DNA of 64,000 bases, from positions 64,507 through 128,506 of the forward strand of contig JAXLTT010000005.1 in assembly GCA_046329875.1 (NCBI GenBank), written 5' to 3'. This document shows positions 26,502 to 36,775 of this stretch, one piece after another. Position numbers and translations under genes: made by a program. Numbering within the stretch: the stretch's first letter is position 1; the number at the start of each line of letters is the position of its first letter. Below the pieces are notes generated by a model. The model ran no database searches, was not told the origin of the DNA, and worked only from the letters and a program-made list of their open reading frames with translations. Source of the stretch: Bacteroidales bacterium. GTDB lineage: Bacteria; Bacteroidota; Bacteroidia; Bacteroidales; VadinHA17.

Positions 26502-27638
26502 ATGCGGTTTGAAATGATTGCAAGTTTACTGACAGCGTTGAAAGGACCATGGTGGAAGGTCATATATGACTTTTCATCGCTGACCAGGGGGATTGACGAA
26601 TGGCTGAGGAATGCCATGTCACCTTTCTGGACCGTGGTGATTGAAATGCTGATAATTGGTGTTCTGATCCTCCTGTTTTATGCACTTATCGGGCTCTTCC
26701 TGGTTTACGCTGAAAGGAAGGTCTGTGCATTTATGCAGAACAGGCTTGGTCCGAACAGGGTCGGTCCATTTGGTCTCTTTCAGACAATAGCCGACCTTAT
26801 AAAGCTCCTCTTTGTTGAGCTTGTTCCCATAAAGAATGCCGATAAATTCCTTTTCAACGTTGCACCATTTATTGTAATAATAGCCTCATTCATGGCCATT
26901 GCTGCGATCCCGTTTGCAAAGGGACTGCATGCTATTGACCTTAATATTGGTGTTCTCTACGTTATTGCTGTTTCGGCCATGGGTGTTATAGGTGTACTGC
27001 TTGCAGGCTGGTCGAGCAACAATAAATATTCACTGATTGGCGCTATGCGAAGCGGTGCACAGATTGTCAGTTATGAACTTTCTGTAGGACTGGCTCTTGT
27101 TACAGTAGTAATACTTGCCGGTTCGATGCAACTGTCGGAGATAGTTGAAGCACAAAGAACAGGCTGGTTCATTTTCAAGGGTCATATCCCTGCTTTCATT
27201 GCATTCATTATTTTCCTTATATCAAGCACTGCCGAGACTAACCGTGGTCCTTTTGACCTTGCTGAAGCTGAATCTGAACTTACAGCCGGTTTCCATACAG
27301 AGTATTCAGGGATAAAATTTGCATTCTTCTTCCTTGCCGAATATATGAACATGTTCATAGTTGCATCAATTGCAGCAACTGTATTCCTCGGTGGATGGAT
27401 GCCGTTCCATGTTGGCAACTGGGAAGGGTTTAACCATGTTATGGACTTTATTCCTCCTTTTATATGGTATATCGGTAAAACATTCTTTGTGATCTTCATG
27501 ATGATGTGGTTCAAATGGACCTTTCCAAGGCTCAGGATCGACCAGCTTCTTACACTTGAATGGAAATACCTGCTTCCTATTAATATAGTGAATGTGCTTA
27601 TTATGGCTTTTGTTGTCCTGATGGGCTGGCATTTCTAG
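26502..27638 (+). CDS. nuoH: NADH-quinone oxidoreductase subunit H
   Basis: AERKVCAFMQNRLGPNRVGP motif in a polytopic protein. Confidence 0.9.
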   Translation: MRFEMIASLLTALKGPWWKVIYDFSSLTRGIDEWLRNAMSPFWTVVIEMLIIGVLILLFYALIGLFLVYAERKVCAFMQNRLGPNRVGPFGLFQTIADLIKLLFVELVPIKNADKFLFNVAPFIVIIASFMAIAAIPFAKGLHAIDLNIGVLYVIAVSAMGVIGVLLAGWSSNNKYSLIGAMRSGAQIVSYELSVGLALVTVVILAGSMQLSEIVEAQRTGWFIFKGHIPAFIAFIIFLISSTAETNRGPFDLAEAESELTAGFHTEYSGIKFAFFFLAEYMNMFIVASIAATVFLGGWMPFHVGNWEGFNHVMDFIPPFIWYIGKTFFVIFMMMWFKWTFPRLRIDQLLTLEWKYLLPINIVNVLIMAFVVLMGWHF

Positions 27639-27666
27639 AATTCAGGACAGTAATAAAATATTATAT

Positions 27667-28146
27667 ATGAACAATATAACACAATATTTCAAAGACATCT
27701 TCAGCGGGCTATGGTCTCTTATGAAAGGGATGAGAGTCACAGGGGGCTATTTCTTCAGTCCCGGTAAGATTGTCACACAGAAGTATCCCAACAACCGTAA
27801 GGAACTTGTAATGTTCGAGAGGTTCAAGGGAGAGGTGGTTATGCCACATAATGAGAATAACGAGCATAAGTGCACCGGTTGCGGAATATGCGAGATTAAC
27901 TGCCCGAATGGTACAATTACTGTCATACCAAAGACAATTGTCACAGAAGACGGAAAGAAGAAACGCATTATAGATCAGCATATTTACAGGCTGGGAATGT
28001 GCACGTTCTGCGGTCTTTGCGTGAAGACATGTCCATCAAATGCCCTCGATTTCTCACAGGAATTTGAGCATGCTGTCTTCAACAGGCAGCTGCTAACCAA
28101 AGTATTGAATAAACCGGGTTCACAATTAATGAAAGGAGTTGAGTGA
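27667..28146 (+). CDS. nuoI: NADH-quinone oxidoreductase subunit I
   Basis: Two 4Fe-4S motifs, CTGCGICEINCP and CTFCGLCVKTCP. Confidence 0.9.
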   Translation: MNNITQYFKDIFSGLWSLMKGMRVTGGYFFSPGKIVTQKYPNNRKELVMFERFKGEVVMPHNENNEHKCTGCGICEINCPNGTITVIPKTIVTEDGKKKRIIDQHIYRLGMCTFCGLCVKTCPSNALDFSQEFEHAVFNRQLLTKVLNKPGSQLMKGVE

Positions 28147-28688
28147 TGACATCAAACCAGATTATGTTCGTACTGTTTTCTGTTATGATCGTTGTTTTCT
28201 CGATCCTGACAGTCACAACCCGGAGAATACTCCGCGCTGCTTCTTACCTTCTTTTTGTGCTCGTCTCCACATCAGGGCTTTACTTCATGCTTAACTACCA
28301 GTTCATGGCTGCAGTTCAGCTTACACTGTATGCAGGTGGTATCGTGGTTCTCATAATATTCTCAATCCTGCTTACGAGTCACATTAGCCAGAAATTTGAG
28401 CCTGTTGGCATGAAGAAGACGATCTTCTCAGCACTGGCCGCCCTGGCCGGTGCCATTCTGAGTATTATAACAATACTTGATTATAAGTTTGATGCAACAA
28501 CATCAGCCGCAGCTGAGGTTAACATGAAACTCATAGGGAAAAGTCTCCTTTCGGTTGATGCCGACGGGTATATACTCCCGTTCGAGGTTATCTCGATACT
28601 TCTTATTGCAGCGATGGTCGGTGCAATTGTAGTCGCCAAGAAAAGCGGCCCGGGTAAATCAGAAACACAGAACTTAACAAAGGAATAA
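28143..28688 (+). CDS. nuoJ: NADH-quinone oxidoreductase subunit J
   Basis: Membrane protein at the canonical operon position. It carries the AAVQLTLYAGGIVVL motif, and its start overlaps the nuoI stop. Confidence 0.85.
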   Translation: MMTSNQIMFVLFSVMIVVFSILTVTTRRILRAASYLLFVLVSTSGLYFMLNYQFMAAVQLTLYAGGIVVLIIFSILLTSHISQKFEPVGMKKTIFSALAALAGAILSIITILDYKFDATTSAAAEVNMKLIGKSLLSVDADGYILPFEVISILLIAAMVGAIVVAKKSGPGKSETQNLTKE

Positions 28689-28689
28689 T

Positions 28690-29007
28690 ATGAATTCAGG
28701 AATCCCAATGCAATATTTTCTGGTCCTGGCAACAGTGATGTTCTTCGTCGGGATCTATGGCTTTCTGACAAGGAGGAATCTTATAACCATCCTTATGTCG
28801 GTTGAACTGATCCTGAATTCGGTCAATATCAACCTGATGGCATTTAACAGGTTTCTGTTCCCCCATAAGCTGGAAGGAATGTTCTTCAGTCTCTTCGTGA
28901 TAGCCGTTGCTGCTTCCGAAGCTGCTGTTGCAATAGCGCTTATTATTAATATATACAGGCGCTTCACCACTATCAACGTGGAAGACGTTCATGAAATGAG
29001 ATACTAA
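28690..29007 (+). CDS. nuoK: NADH-quinone oxidoreductase subunit K
   Basis: 105 aa with three TM helices, the MSVELILNSVN motif and the conserved AAAEAAVA-type helix (AASEAAVAIAL). Confidence 0.88.
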   Translation: MNSGIPMQYFLVLATVMFFVGIYGFLTRRNLITILMSVELILNSVNINLMAFNRFLFPHKLEGMFFSLFVIAVAASEAAVAIALIINIYRRFTTINVEDVHEMRY

Positions 29008-29024
29008 CGACACAAGAACACGAT

Positions 29025-30944
29025 ATGACAAATTTCGGTTATACAATCTGGATACCACTTATTCCCTTTATTGCTTTTCTTGTGCTTGGTCTTTCCGGGC
29101 ATAAGCTCAAAGCAAAACTTTCGGGACTTATAGGTACCTGTGGCCTCGGGCTGGTTGCCCTCCTCTCCTATTTCACAGCATACCAGTATTTCTTCGTTTC
29201 CGGTAAGGTCGAAGATACATACCAGAAGGTGGAGGCATTCAATACTGTATGGCTTCAGCTCACTGATAAACTGCATATAGATCTTGGCGTTCTTCTCGAC
29301 CCGATCTCGGTGATGATGCTTGTTGTGATAAGCACTGTATCACTGATGGTGCATATTTACAGTATAGGCTACATGAAGGGCGAAAAAGGCTATGAAAGAT
29401 TCTTTGCCTTCCTTTCTCTCTTTACATTTTCAATGCTCGGTCTTGTGCTCGCCACAAATATTTTCCAGATGTATATTTTCTGGGAACTTGTCGGGGTATC
29501 ATCTTACCTTCTTATTGGTTTCTACTATGAGAGACCATCAGCAATAAGGGCTGCAAAGAAGGCATTTATTGTAACGAGATTTGCCGACATGGGTTTCCTT
29601 ATCGGTATCCTGATGCTTTCTTTCATTACAGGAACCTTTGATTTCAAAACCCTTACCGATCCATCAGGTACAGCAATAACACAGGGATCAGGAGCAGCAT
29701 TCCTTGGTCTTTCAGTTATGACCTGGTCGATGATCTTTGTATACATGGGTGGGGTCGGTAAATCAGCAATGATGCCGTTCCACATATGGCTTCCTGATGC
29801 AATGGAAGGCCCGACTCCCGTATCTGCACTTATTCACGCCGCAACAATGGTTGTTGCCGGTGTATACCTGGTTGCCAGGATGTTCCCGATATATGCAATA
29901 TCGGCCCCGGCTGCCCTTGAAGTTGTTGCCTGGGTTGGTGCAATATCTTCGCTCTTCGCGGCTATTATAGCATGTACACAGACGGATATAAAACGTGTTC
30001 TTGCCTACTCGACTATGTCGCAGATAGGCTACATGATGCTTGCACTTGGTGTTTCGGGTTACGGAGGACATGAAGGTCTTGGTTATATGGCATCCATGTT
30101 CCACCTTTTCACACACGCAATGTTTAAAGCCCTCCTCTTCCTTGGAGCCGGTGCAATCATACATGCCGTTCACAGCAATTACATGACAGATATGGGAGGA
30201 TTGAGGAAGTACCTTCCGATCACGCATATAACTTTCCTTATAGCATGTCTTACAATTGCCGGTATCCCACCCCTTTCAGGCTTCTTCAGCAAGGATGAAA
30301 TACTTGCTGCAGCATTTGAGCACAACAAGGCATTATGGGCAATTGAATTTATTGTCGCAGGTCTGACCGCTTTCTATATGTTCAGGCTCTATTTCAACGT
30401 GTTCTGGGGCAGGGATACACATTATCATCATACCCCTCACGAGGCTCCGGCAGTAATGACTGTGCCCCTCATGATACTTGCAGTCGCATCTGTTTTCACA
30501 GGTTTTATTCCTTTCGATAAACTTGTTACAACCGATGGAAAGGAATTCACTACAGAGATAGAGATGATAGTCGCCATACCATCAGTGCTTATTGGACTCG
30601 TCGGCATATTCACTGCGTGGATAATGTACAAGAAGGAAACAGCTATACCTGACAAGATCGCATCAACATTCAGGTATTCATATAAGTGGGCTTATAATAA
30701 GTTTTACTTTGACGAGCTCTATCTGTTTGTTACAAAGAAAATTATATTCAGGTATATATCAACCCCCATAGCATGGTTTGACCGCCACATTGTGGATGGT
30801 ACAATGAACAGGATAGCAGAGGTGACTCAGCATGTTTCATACAGGATAAGGGGATTCCAGTCCGGCCAGATACAGAAATATGCGTTTGTATTCGTATCAG
30901 GTGTAATTGCCCTGGCCTTACTGATAATTTATTTTTGGAAGTAG
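29025..30944 (+). CDS. nuoL: NADH-quinone oxidoreductase subunit L
   Basis: 639-aa antiporter-like subunit with WLPDAMEGPTPVSALIHAATMV. Confidence 0.9.
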   Translation: MTNFGYTIWIPLIPFIAFLVLGLSGHKLKAKLSGLIGTCGLGLVALLSYFTAYQYFFVSGKVEDTYQKVEAFNTVWLQLTDKLHIDLGVLLDPISVMMLVVISTVSLMVHIYSIGYMKGEKGYERFFAFLSLFTFSMLGLVLATNIFQMYIFWELVGVSSYLLIGFYYERPSAIRAAKKAFIVTRFADMGFLIGILMLSFITGTFDFKTLTDPSGTAITQGSGAAFLGLSVMTWSMIFVYMGGVGKSAMMPFHIWLPDAMEGPTPVSALIHAATMVVAGVYLVARMFPIYAISAPAALEVVAWVGAISSLFAAIIACTQTDIKRVLAYSTMSQIGYMMLALGVSGYGGHEGLGYMASMFHLFTHAMFKALLFLGAGAIIHAVHSNYMTDMGGLRKYLPITHITFLIACLTIAGIPPLSGFFSKDEILAAAFEHNKALWAIEFIVAGLTAFYMFRLYFNVFWGRDTHYHHTPHEAPAVMTVPLMILAVASVFTGFIPFDKLVTTDGKEFTTEIEMIVAIPSVLIGLVGIFTAWIMYKKETAIPDKIASTFRYSYKWAYNKFYFDELYLFVTKKIIFRYISTPIAWFDRHIVDGTMNRIAEVTQHVSYRIRGFQSGQIQKYAFVFVSGVIALALLIIYFWK

Positions 30945-30965
30945 TTTAAGAAAAGCAGGTTAACA

Positions 30966-32471
30966 ATGAGTATACTGACACTTTTTATCGTAATTCCCGT
31001 ACTTACAATAACAGGGATCGTTCTTGTAAAGGATGTTCGCCAGACGAGGCTTGTATCTGCTATCGGAATGGGCTTTCAGCTCATCCTGGCAGGAATACTT
31101 GTCTATATGTACCTGTCTGAAAGGCATGCAGGCAATACTGCCGAAATGCTCTTCACACAGAATGTGACCTGGTTCAAGAGTCTGAATATAGCCTACGCCA
31201 TCGGTGTTGACGGTATCTCAGTAGCGATGATCGCCCTGACGTCAATTGTTGTTTTTGCCGGGATCTTCGCTTCGTGGGAAGTTGAGTTTCTTACAAAGGA
31301 ATTCTTTATATCGCTGATCCTTCTTGCAACCGGTGTATTCGGGTTCTTTATCTCTATTGACCTGTTTACAATGTTTCTTTTTTACGAGCTTGCTGTTATC
31401 CCGATGTACCTGCTTATCGGTATCTGGGGCAGCGGACCAAAGGACTATTCGGCAATGAAGCTTACCCTTATGCTTATGGGAGGCTCCGCACTTCTGCTTG
31501 TAGGTCTTCTTGGCATATATTTCAATTCAGCTCCTGACGGAGGCAGGCTTACATTCAATATTCTTGAGATCTCGAAAGTTACAATACCCATGTCGGCCCA
31601 GAGGCTTTTCTTCCCGCTTACTTTTGTTGGATTCGGAGTTCTCGGAGCCCTCTTCCCATTCCATACATGGTCACCCGACGGACACGCTTCAGCACCTACA
31701 GCGGTATCTATGCTGCATGCCGGAGTACTTATGAAGCTTGGAGGCTACGGTGCTTTCAGGGTAGCTATTTTCCTTATGCCTGAGGCTGCAAAGGAACTTT
31801 CATGGATCTTTATAATTCTGACCTCAATAAGTGTTGTTTACGGTGCCTTTGGTGCTGTTGTACAGAAAGACCTGAAGTATATTAATGCTTACTCATCTGT
31901 TAGTCATTGCGGACTCGTTCTTTTCGCAGTTCTTATGATGAACCAGACAGCGATGAACGGTGCGATTATCCAGATGATTTCACATGGCCTTATGACGGCT
32001 CTCTTCTTTGCCCTTATCGGGATGATTTATGGAAGGACCCATACAAGGATGATTAATGAGATGGGTGGATTGATGAAGATAATCCCCTTCCTTTCTGTAT
32101 GTTATGTGATTGCCGGTCTTGCATCACTTGGTCTTCCCGGACTCAGCGGGTTCGTAGCAGAGATGACAGTCTTTGTCGGCGCTTTCCAGCATACTGATGT
32201 TTTCCACAGGGTAGTTACAATAGTAGCCGTTTCATCGATTGTAATCACTGCGGTTTATATCCTGAGGGTTATTGCAATACTCCTTCTTGGTTCTGAAACC
32301 CGTGAGCATTACGATCATATGAAAGATGCCAGGTGGTTCGAAAAGGTTTCAGCGGTAACACTTATCAGTGCAGTGGCTGCAATAGGTCTTGCCCCTTTCT
32401 GGCTTTCATCGATGATCGGGATAAGCCTTAAACCGGTTATTGACAAGATACTTGCTGTGATCCCGATGTAA
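30966..32471 (+). CDS. nuoM: NADH-quinone oxidoreductase subunit M
   Basis: Antiporter-like subunit with FHTWSPDGHASAPTAVSMLHAGVLMKLG. Confidence 0.9.
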   Translation: MSILTLFIVIPVLTITGIVLVKDVRQTRLVSAIGMGFQLILAGILVYMYLSERHAGNTAEMLFTQNVTWFKSLNIAYAIGVDGISVAMIALTSIVVFAGIFASWEVEFLTKEFFISLILLATGVFGFFISIDLFTMFLFYELAVIPMYLLIGIWGSGPKDYSAMKLTLMLMGGSALLLVGLLGIYFNSAPDGGRLTFNILEISKVTIPMSAQRLFFPLTFVGFGVLGALFPFHTWSPDGHASAPTAVSMLHAGVLMKLGGYGAFRVAIFLMPEAAKELSWIFIILTSISVVYGAFGAVVQKDLKYINAYSSVSHCGLVLFAVLMMNQTAMNGAIIQMISHGLMTALFFALIGMIYGRTHTRMINEMGGLMKIIPFLSVCYVIAGLASLGLPGLSGFVAEMTVFVGAFQHTDVFHRVVTIVAVSSIVITAVYILRVIAILLLGSETREHYDHMKDARWFEKVSAVTLISAVAAIGLAPFWLSSMIGISLKPVIDKILAVIPM

Positions 32472-32499
32472 TAATGTTGAATACAGTTAAAAACAAGAT

Positions 32500-33921
32500 A
32501 TGAGCTTAGACAATTTACTCCTGATGCGGCATGAACTGCTACTTACAGTGGCAGCCATGTTAGTACTTATACTGGAGATCTTCATGGATGCTTCAAAGAA
32601 GAAATCCATCAGTACAATTACTGTAATAATGTATGCCGTTATCACAGCTGCCGGATTCCTTCCTTCCCAGCCCGGAACACTATTTGGCGGCATGTATGTT
32701 ACTTCCGCCACAACAGTGATAATGAAGAATATCCTGAATATCGGGGCACTTATAGTATTCATGCAGTCTGTTACATGGCTTAACAAACCCGAAAACAGTG
32801 AAAGGATAAGCGAATACTTTATCCTGCTTATATCAACACTTGTTGGTATGAACTTCATGATCAGTTCTGGGCATTTCCTTATGTTCTACATAGGGATTGA
32901 ACTCGCAACAATTCCGATTGCAGCCCTCTCCGCATATGAAAGGTACAGGAATAATTCTGCCGAAGCCGGTATCAAGCTGATACTCTCTTCTGCCCTCTCA
33001 TCAGGAATACTTATTTACGGCCTGTCGATGATCTACGGGACAACAGGTACATTGTATTTCGCCGAAGTACAAAAGGTATTTACTGGGAATAACCTGCAGA
33101 TACTTGGATTCATTTTCTTCTTTGCCGGCATGGCTTTCAAACTTTCAATAGTGCCCTTCCATCTATGGACAGCAGACGTTTATGAAGGATCACCTGTCAA
33201 TGTGACCTCATACCTGTCAGTTATATCAAAGGGAGCAGCAGCGTTCATATTCATAATAATTCTGTTTACAGTTTTCCCTGTAATAATGAAGTCATGGCAG
33301 AAGACTATCTACGTCACAGCTATTCTTACAATGACTATTGGTAACCTTTTTGCCATAAGGCAGCAGAACATAAAGAGATTCCTTGCCTTCTCATCAATAT
33401 CACAGGCTGGCTATCTCCTGCTTGGCTTCATCGGCGGAAACCAGCTTGGTATGGCATCTGTCATTTACTATGTACTTGTATATATTTTCTCCAACCTGGG
33501 CGCCTTCGGTGTTGCAGCGGCCATATCAAATGCATCGGGAAAAGAGAATATAAGCGATTACAATGGTCTTTACCATACAAACCCATCTCTCAGTCTTATA
33601 ATGACACTTGCTCTTTTCTCGCTTGCAGGGATTCCCCCTGTTGCAGGATTCTTTGGCAAGTTCTTCCTGTTTACCGCAGCAGCTGAGAAAGGATTTTACC
33701 TTCTTGTACTTATAGCAGTTCTGAATACGATAATCTCACTTTATTATTACCTTCTTGTTGTGAAGGCAATGTTCATAAACAAGAGTGACACACCAGTAGA
33801 AAAATTCAGAAGCGATTTCTTCACAAAGCTGGCACTTATGGTATGCGTTGCAGGTATTTTTGCAACAGGATTTGCAAGCGTGATATTCGAACTCATTAAA
33901 AACCTCAGTTACGGAGTCTGA
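32500..33921 (+). CDS. nuoN: NADH-quinone oxidoreductase subunit N
   Basis: Antiporter-like subunit with PFHLWTADVYEGSP, in the last canonical operon position. Confidence 0.9.
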   Translation: MSLDNLLLMRHELLLTVAAMLVLILEIFMDASKKKSISTITVIMYAVITAAGFLPSQPGTLFGGMYVTSATTVIMKNILNIGALIVFMQSVTWLNKPENSERISEYFILLISTLVGMNFMISSGHFLMFYIGIELATIPIAALSAYERYRNNSAEAGIKLILSSALSSGILIYGLSMIYGTTGTLYFAEVQKVFTGNNLQILGFIFFFAGMAFKLSIVPFHLWTADVYEGSPVNVTSYLSVISKGAAAFIFIIILFTVFPVIMKSWQKTIYVTAILTMTIGNLFAIRQQNIKRFLAFSSISQAGYLLLGFIGGNQLGMASVIYYVLVYIFSNLGAFGVAAAISNASGKENISDYNGLYHTNPSLSLIMTLALFSLAGIPPVAGFFGKFFLFTAAAEKGFYLLVLIAVLNTIISLYYYLLVVKAMFINKSDTPVEKFRSDFFTKLALMVCVAGIFATGFASVIFELIKNLSYGV

Positions 33922-33934
33922 AAAAAGAATAGAT

Positions 33935-34300
33935 ATGGCACTTACTAATGCAAAACAGATAATAGCCGAAATCGACGGTGTAAGATGTTCAGTTGTTGAA
34001 ACAGGCGCATCGCTTGAGCGGGCGGCTTTCCTGAGGGACCTTCTTGAATTCAATAATCTCGAGGTAAAAGAGCTTAAAGAGCCGGTAGCAGAGGGCGCAG
34101 AACAGAAATATACGATCGCGGTAACTGATATTAAGTTCAACCCGGTTTTTGCAGTTTATGACTGCAGCCTTAAAATGAGGGAAGGCGGTTATGTAACCCC
34201 GGGTTACTGGAACCAGGAATGTGTAAAATGCGACAGGCGGTACTGGATCAGGAGGAGGCAGAGAAAAGCTCCTGCAGAACCTAATGAAGTATTACAGTAG
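33935..34300 (+). CDS. hypothetical soluble protein trailing the nuo operon
   Basis: 121-aa ORF starting 13 nt after the nuoN stop, on the same strand, before the terminator. It has a CxxC (ECVKCD) and a basic C-terminal tail. I recognise no family. Confidence 0.55.
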   Translation: MALTNAKQIIAEIDGVRCSVVETGASLERAAFLRDLLEFNNLEVKELKEPVAEGAEQKYTIAVTDIKFNPVFAVYDCSLKMREGGYVTPGYWNQECVKCDRRYWIRRRQRKAPAEPNEVLQ

Positions 34301-34303
34301 AAT

Positions 34304-34332
34304 AAAAAAAGGCGCTTATATGGCGCCTTTTT
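34304..34332. terminator. bidirectional hairpin terminator between the convergent nuo-operon end and ltaE
   Basis: AAAAAAAGGCGC-ttatatg-GCGCCTTTTTT. The ltaE stop codon lies in the loop. Confidence 0.7.
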
Positions 34333-35362
34333 TCATTTCTTTCAATAGAAGATCCGCAAAACCGGCAATATCTTCCTCCGTCGTGTCCCAGCTCGTCATC
34401 CAGCGGTATTCGGATTTCTCTTCATCCCACGGGTAGAAGAAATAGTGCTTTCTCAGCTCTTCAGCAACCGTTTTTGGAAGTATGACAAAAACACCGTTTG
34501 CTTCGACTTTCTGAGTGACTTTTATACCTTCAATATTCTTTACCTTTTCATATAAGATCCCTGCCATCCTGTTTGAATGTGTGGCATTCGACTTCCACAG
34601 TTCATTCCTGAAGAATGCAATATACTGCGAAGAGATGAATCTCATTTTTGATGCAAGCTGCATACCCTGTTTCCTGAGGTATTTGAAATCATCCGAGAGG
34701 CCGGGTCTCAGGAAGCATACTGCCTCGCCGAACATCATCCCGTTCTTTGTACCTCCGAATGAAAGCAGGTCCACACCCGCATCGGTCGTAAATGCCCTGA
34801 AAGGAAGGTTCAGGGTTACAGCGGCATTTGAGATCCTTGCTCCGTCCATGTGGAGCAGCATGTTGTTGCCATGTGCATAATCGGCAAGTTTCCTGATCTC
34901 CCCTGCAGTATATACTGTACCCATTTCCGAGGACTGGGTAATTGAGATTACTTTTGGCTGGGCGTGATGTTCAAAGCCGAAACCGTGGACATGTTTCTTA
35001 ACGAGATCGACAGTGAGTTTCCCGTCCGGCGTGTCGACAGTCAGGACTTTGCATCCGGTGAATTTTTCAGGTGCGCCGCACTCATCCATCTGGATATGGG
35101 CCGTTGATGCTGTTATAACTGAGTTCCATGAGCGTGTTATCCCGGCAAGACCCAGGACATTCGCTGCAGTTCCTGTGAACACAAAATAAACATCTGTATC
35201 ATTACCGAATAATTCCCTGAAAATTTCCCTTGCCTTTTCAGTATAAACATCACCTCCGTATCCAATTGCATGTCCTGTATTGGCTTTTTCAATCTCCCTC
35301 AGAATGTCGGGGTGCACACCCGCATTATTATCACTCGCAAATCCCCTTTTCATGTGTTCCAT
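34316..35362 (-). CDS. ltaE: low-specificity L-threonine aldolase (beta-eliminating lyase family, PLP-dependent)
   Basis: N-terminal FASDNNAGVHPDIL and a PLP-lysine context SFGGTKNG. Confidence 0.85.
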   Translation of the reverse strand: MEHMKRGFASDNNAGVHPDILREIEKANTGHAIGYGGDVYTEKAREIFRELFGNDTDVYFVFTGTAANVLGLAGITRSWNSVITASTAHIQMDECGAPEKFTGCKVLTVDTPDGKLTVDLVKKHVHGFGFEHHAQPKVISITQSSEMGTVYTAGEIRKLADYAHGNNMLLHMDGARISNAAVTLNLPFRAFTTDAGVDLLSFGGTKNGMMFGEAVCFLRPGLSDDFKYLRKQGMQLASKMRFISSQYIAFFRNELWKSNATHSNRMAGILYEKVKNIEGIKVTQKVEANGVFVILPKTVAEELRKHYFFYPWDEEKSEYRWMTSWDTTEEDIAGFADLLLKEMKKGAI

Positions 35363-35464
35363 ATTGTTTAAAGTTAAACGCAGAGGTCGCAGCCAGGCTA
35401 TTTACCTGTTTCGCCTGCGCACCCTGCGTTTGTTCTGTATGCTCTTATTGTTTACCTGTATAAA

Positions 35465-36532
35465 TTATCTTCCTATTATTTTACCAAGGTACTCCCTTGC
35501 AAACTTAACCTGTTCATCTACATACTGAATGCCTGCCCTTGTGTGGTCTTCGTTGAGTACAGGATGACAGAGTTCAAATGTGAAGTACCCGTTATATCCT
35601 ATCTCATTCATCAGGCCGATATAATGTGCATAATCAGGATTTTTGCCGCCTGCATAATAATCAAGTATCACAGGTTTGAGGCTGCCATCTTTATCACGGT
35701 AATATTCGCCGCCAAAGTGAGAGTGCACCTGCAGGTTTCCGACTGTCCTGACAGCATTTGCAACATAGTCTTTGTCGAGATTATCCATAATAGGAAGATC
35801 AAGACATATCTTGAGCCATGGTGAGTTAACCTCTTTTACAAGATCGTAGGTGTCTTTCCATGTCCTGATAAGCGGGGCATGGTTCTGGAGGGCCATAACA
35901 ATTCCGAACTCCTCTCCCATTTTAGCGGCTTCCTTAAGTCCTTCCTTAACGAAGTTCCACCTGTCGAGCCTTGTTGCAAAAGGATACTGACTTTCAAAGG
36001 TGTAGAAATTGCCCCTTGTAAGATCATATGTGCCAACACCTTCATGGATTACAACGCCAGGCCAGGCCACAAAAAGCCTCACTATTTTAGCCCCCAGGTC
36101 TTTTGCAAGTTTAACGGTTTCACGAACCATAAGAAGCTGGCATTCGCGGTGCTCCGGTACCGGGCTGGAAAAGTCGTTATTCGCTGCAACTGCAGGTATT
36201 TCCAGTCCGTTCTTGATAATTGAATTCACCATTTCATCCCTCCTCTTTTTATCGAGGTCGAGTGGGCAGCCCATTGGACGCTTGTTATCGAGTTCAACAC
36301 CGTCGAATCCGAAGTCCCGGGCTCTCTTGCAGAATTCTTCAAAAGTAAGTGCTGAGCCGGTATACCAGATTCCGCCATAGGTGATTGAATACAGGCCCAG
36401 CTTTATTTTTGATGGCCCTGCAGGTACTGTTTCTGATACCGCTGGTTTATCACCAGCTGAAGGTTTGATTCCTCCAAGCATCGCAGCCCCGGCTGCAACG
36501 CCTGATGTTTCAATGAATTTCCTCCTGTCCAT
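35465..36532 (-). CDS. sugar phosphate isomerase/epimerase (xylose-isomerase-like TIM barrel) with a Tat-type signal
   Basis: N-terminus MDRRKFIETSGVAAGAAMLGG (RRxF twin-arginine motif). The remainder gives a TIM-barrel AP-endonuclease-2-family impression (FGFDGVELD, VRLFVAWPG). Confidence 0.7.
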   Translation of the reverse strand: MDRRKFIETSGVAAGAAMLGGIKPSAGDKPAVSETVPAGPSKIKLGLYSITYGGIWYTGSALTFEEFCKRARDFGFDGVELDNKRPMGCPLDLDKKRRDEMVNSIIKNGLEIPAVAANNDFSSPVPEHRECQLLMVRETVKLAKDLGAKIVRLFVAWPGVVIHEGVGTYDLTRGNFYTFESQYPFATRLDRWNFVKEGLKEAAKMGEEFGIVMALQNHAPLIRTWKDTYDLVKEVNSPWLKICLDLPIMDNLDKDYVANAVRTVGNLQVHSHFGGEYYRDKDGSLKPVILDYYAGGKNPDYAHYIGLMNEIGYNGYFTFELCHPVLNEDHTRAGIQYVDEQVKFAREYLGKIIGR

Positions 36533-36556
36533 AGTTAAGGTTTTTATTAAGGTTGG

Positions 36557-36763
36557 TTAGTTAGTGTCCTTCTTTTTCTTCCTTGCAAACCATAGCATTA
36601 CCGAGCCAAATACAAGCATAAGAAGACCCATGTAAATATTAACATTCACACCCAGTGATTTCTGGTAAAGTGATGTGTCACCCATCGTGAAGAGGCCGTA
36701 TCCTGTAACAAGAACGCCGAATATTGTGAACATTAGTCCGATTGGAAGCCTGATATCAACCAT
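36557..36763 (-). CDS. small two-TM membrane protein downstream of the SSS transporter
   Basis: 68 aa with two hydrophobic helices and a KKKKD tail. It starts 12 nt after the transporter stop. Confidence 0.5.
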   Translation of the reverse strand: MVDIRLPIGLMFTIFGVLVTGYGLFTMGDTSLYQKSLGVNVNIYMGLLMLVFGSVMLWFARKKKKDTN

Positions 36764-36775
36764 TTCTCTTTCCTC

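Noticed and set aside
35363-35464. Structured element (riboswitch-like) between the TIM-barrel gene and ltaE.
   Set aside because: It has only one 8-bp inverted repeat with a poorly pairing interior of about 40 nt, and I recognise no conserved riboswitch core. It is mentioned within the operon finding only.
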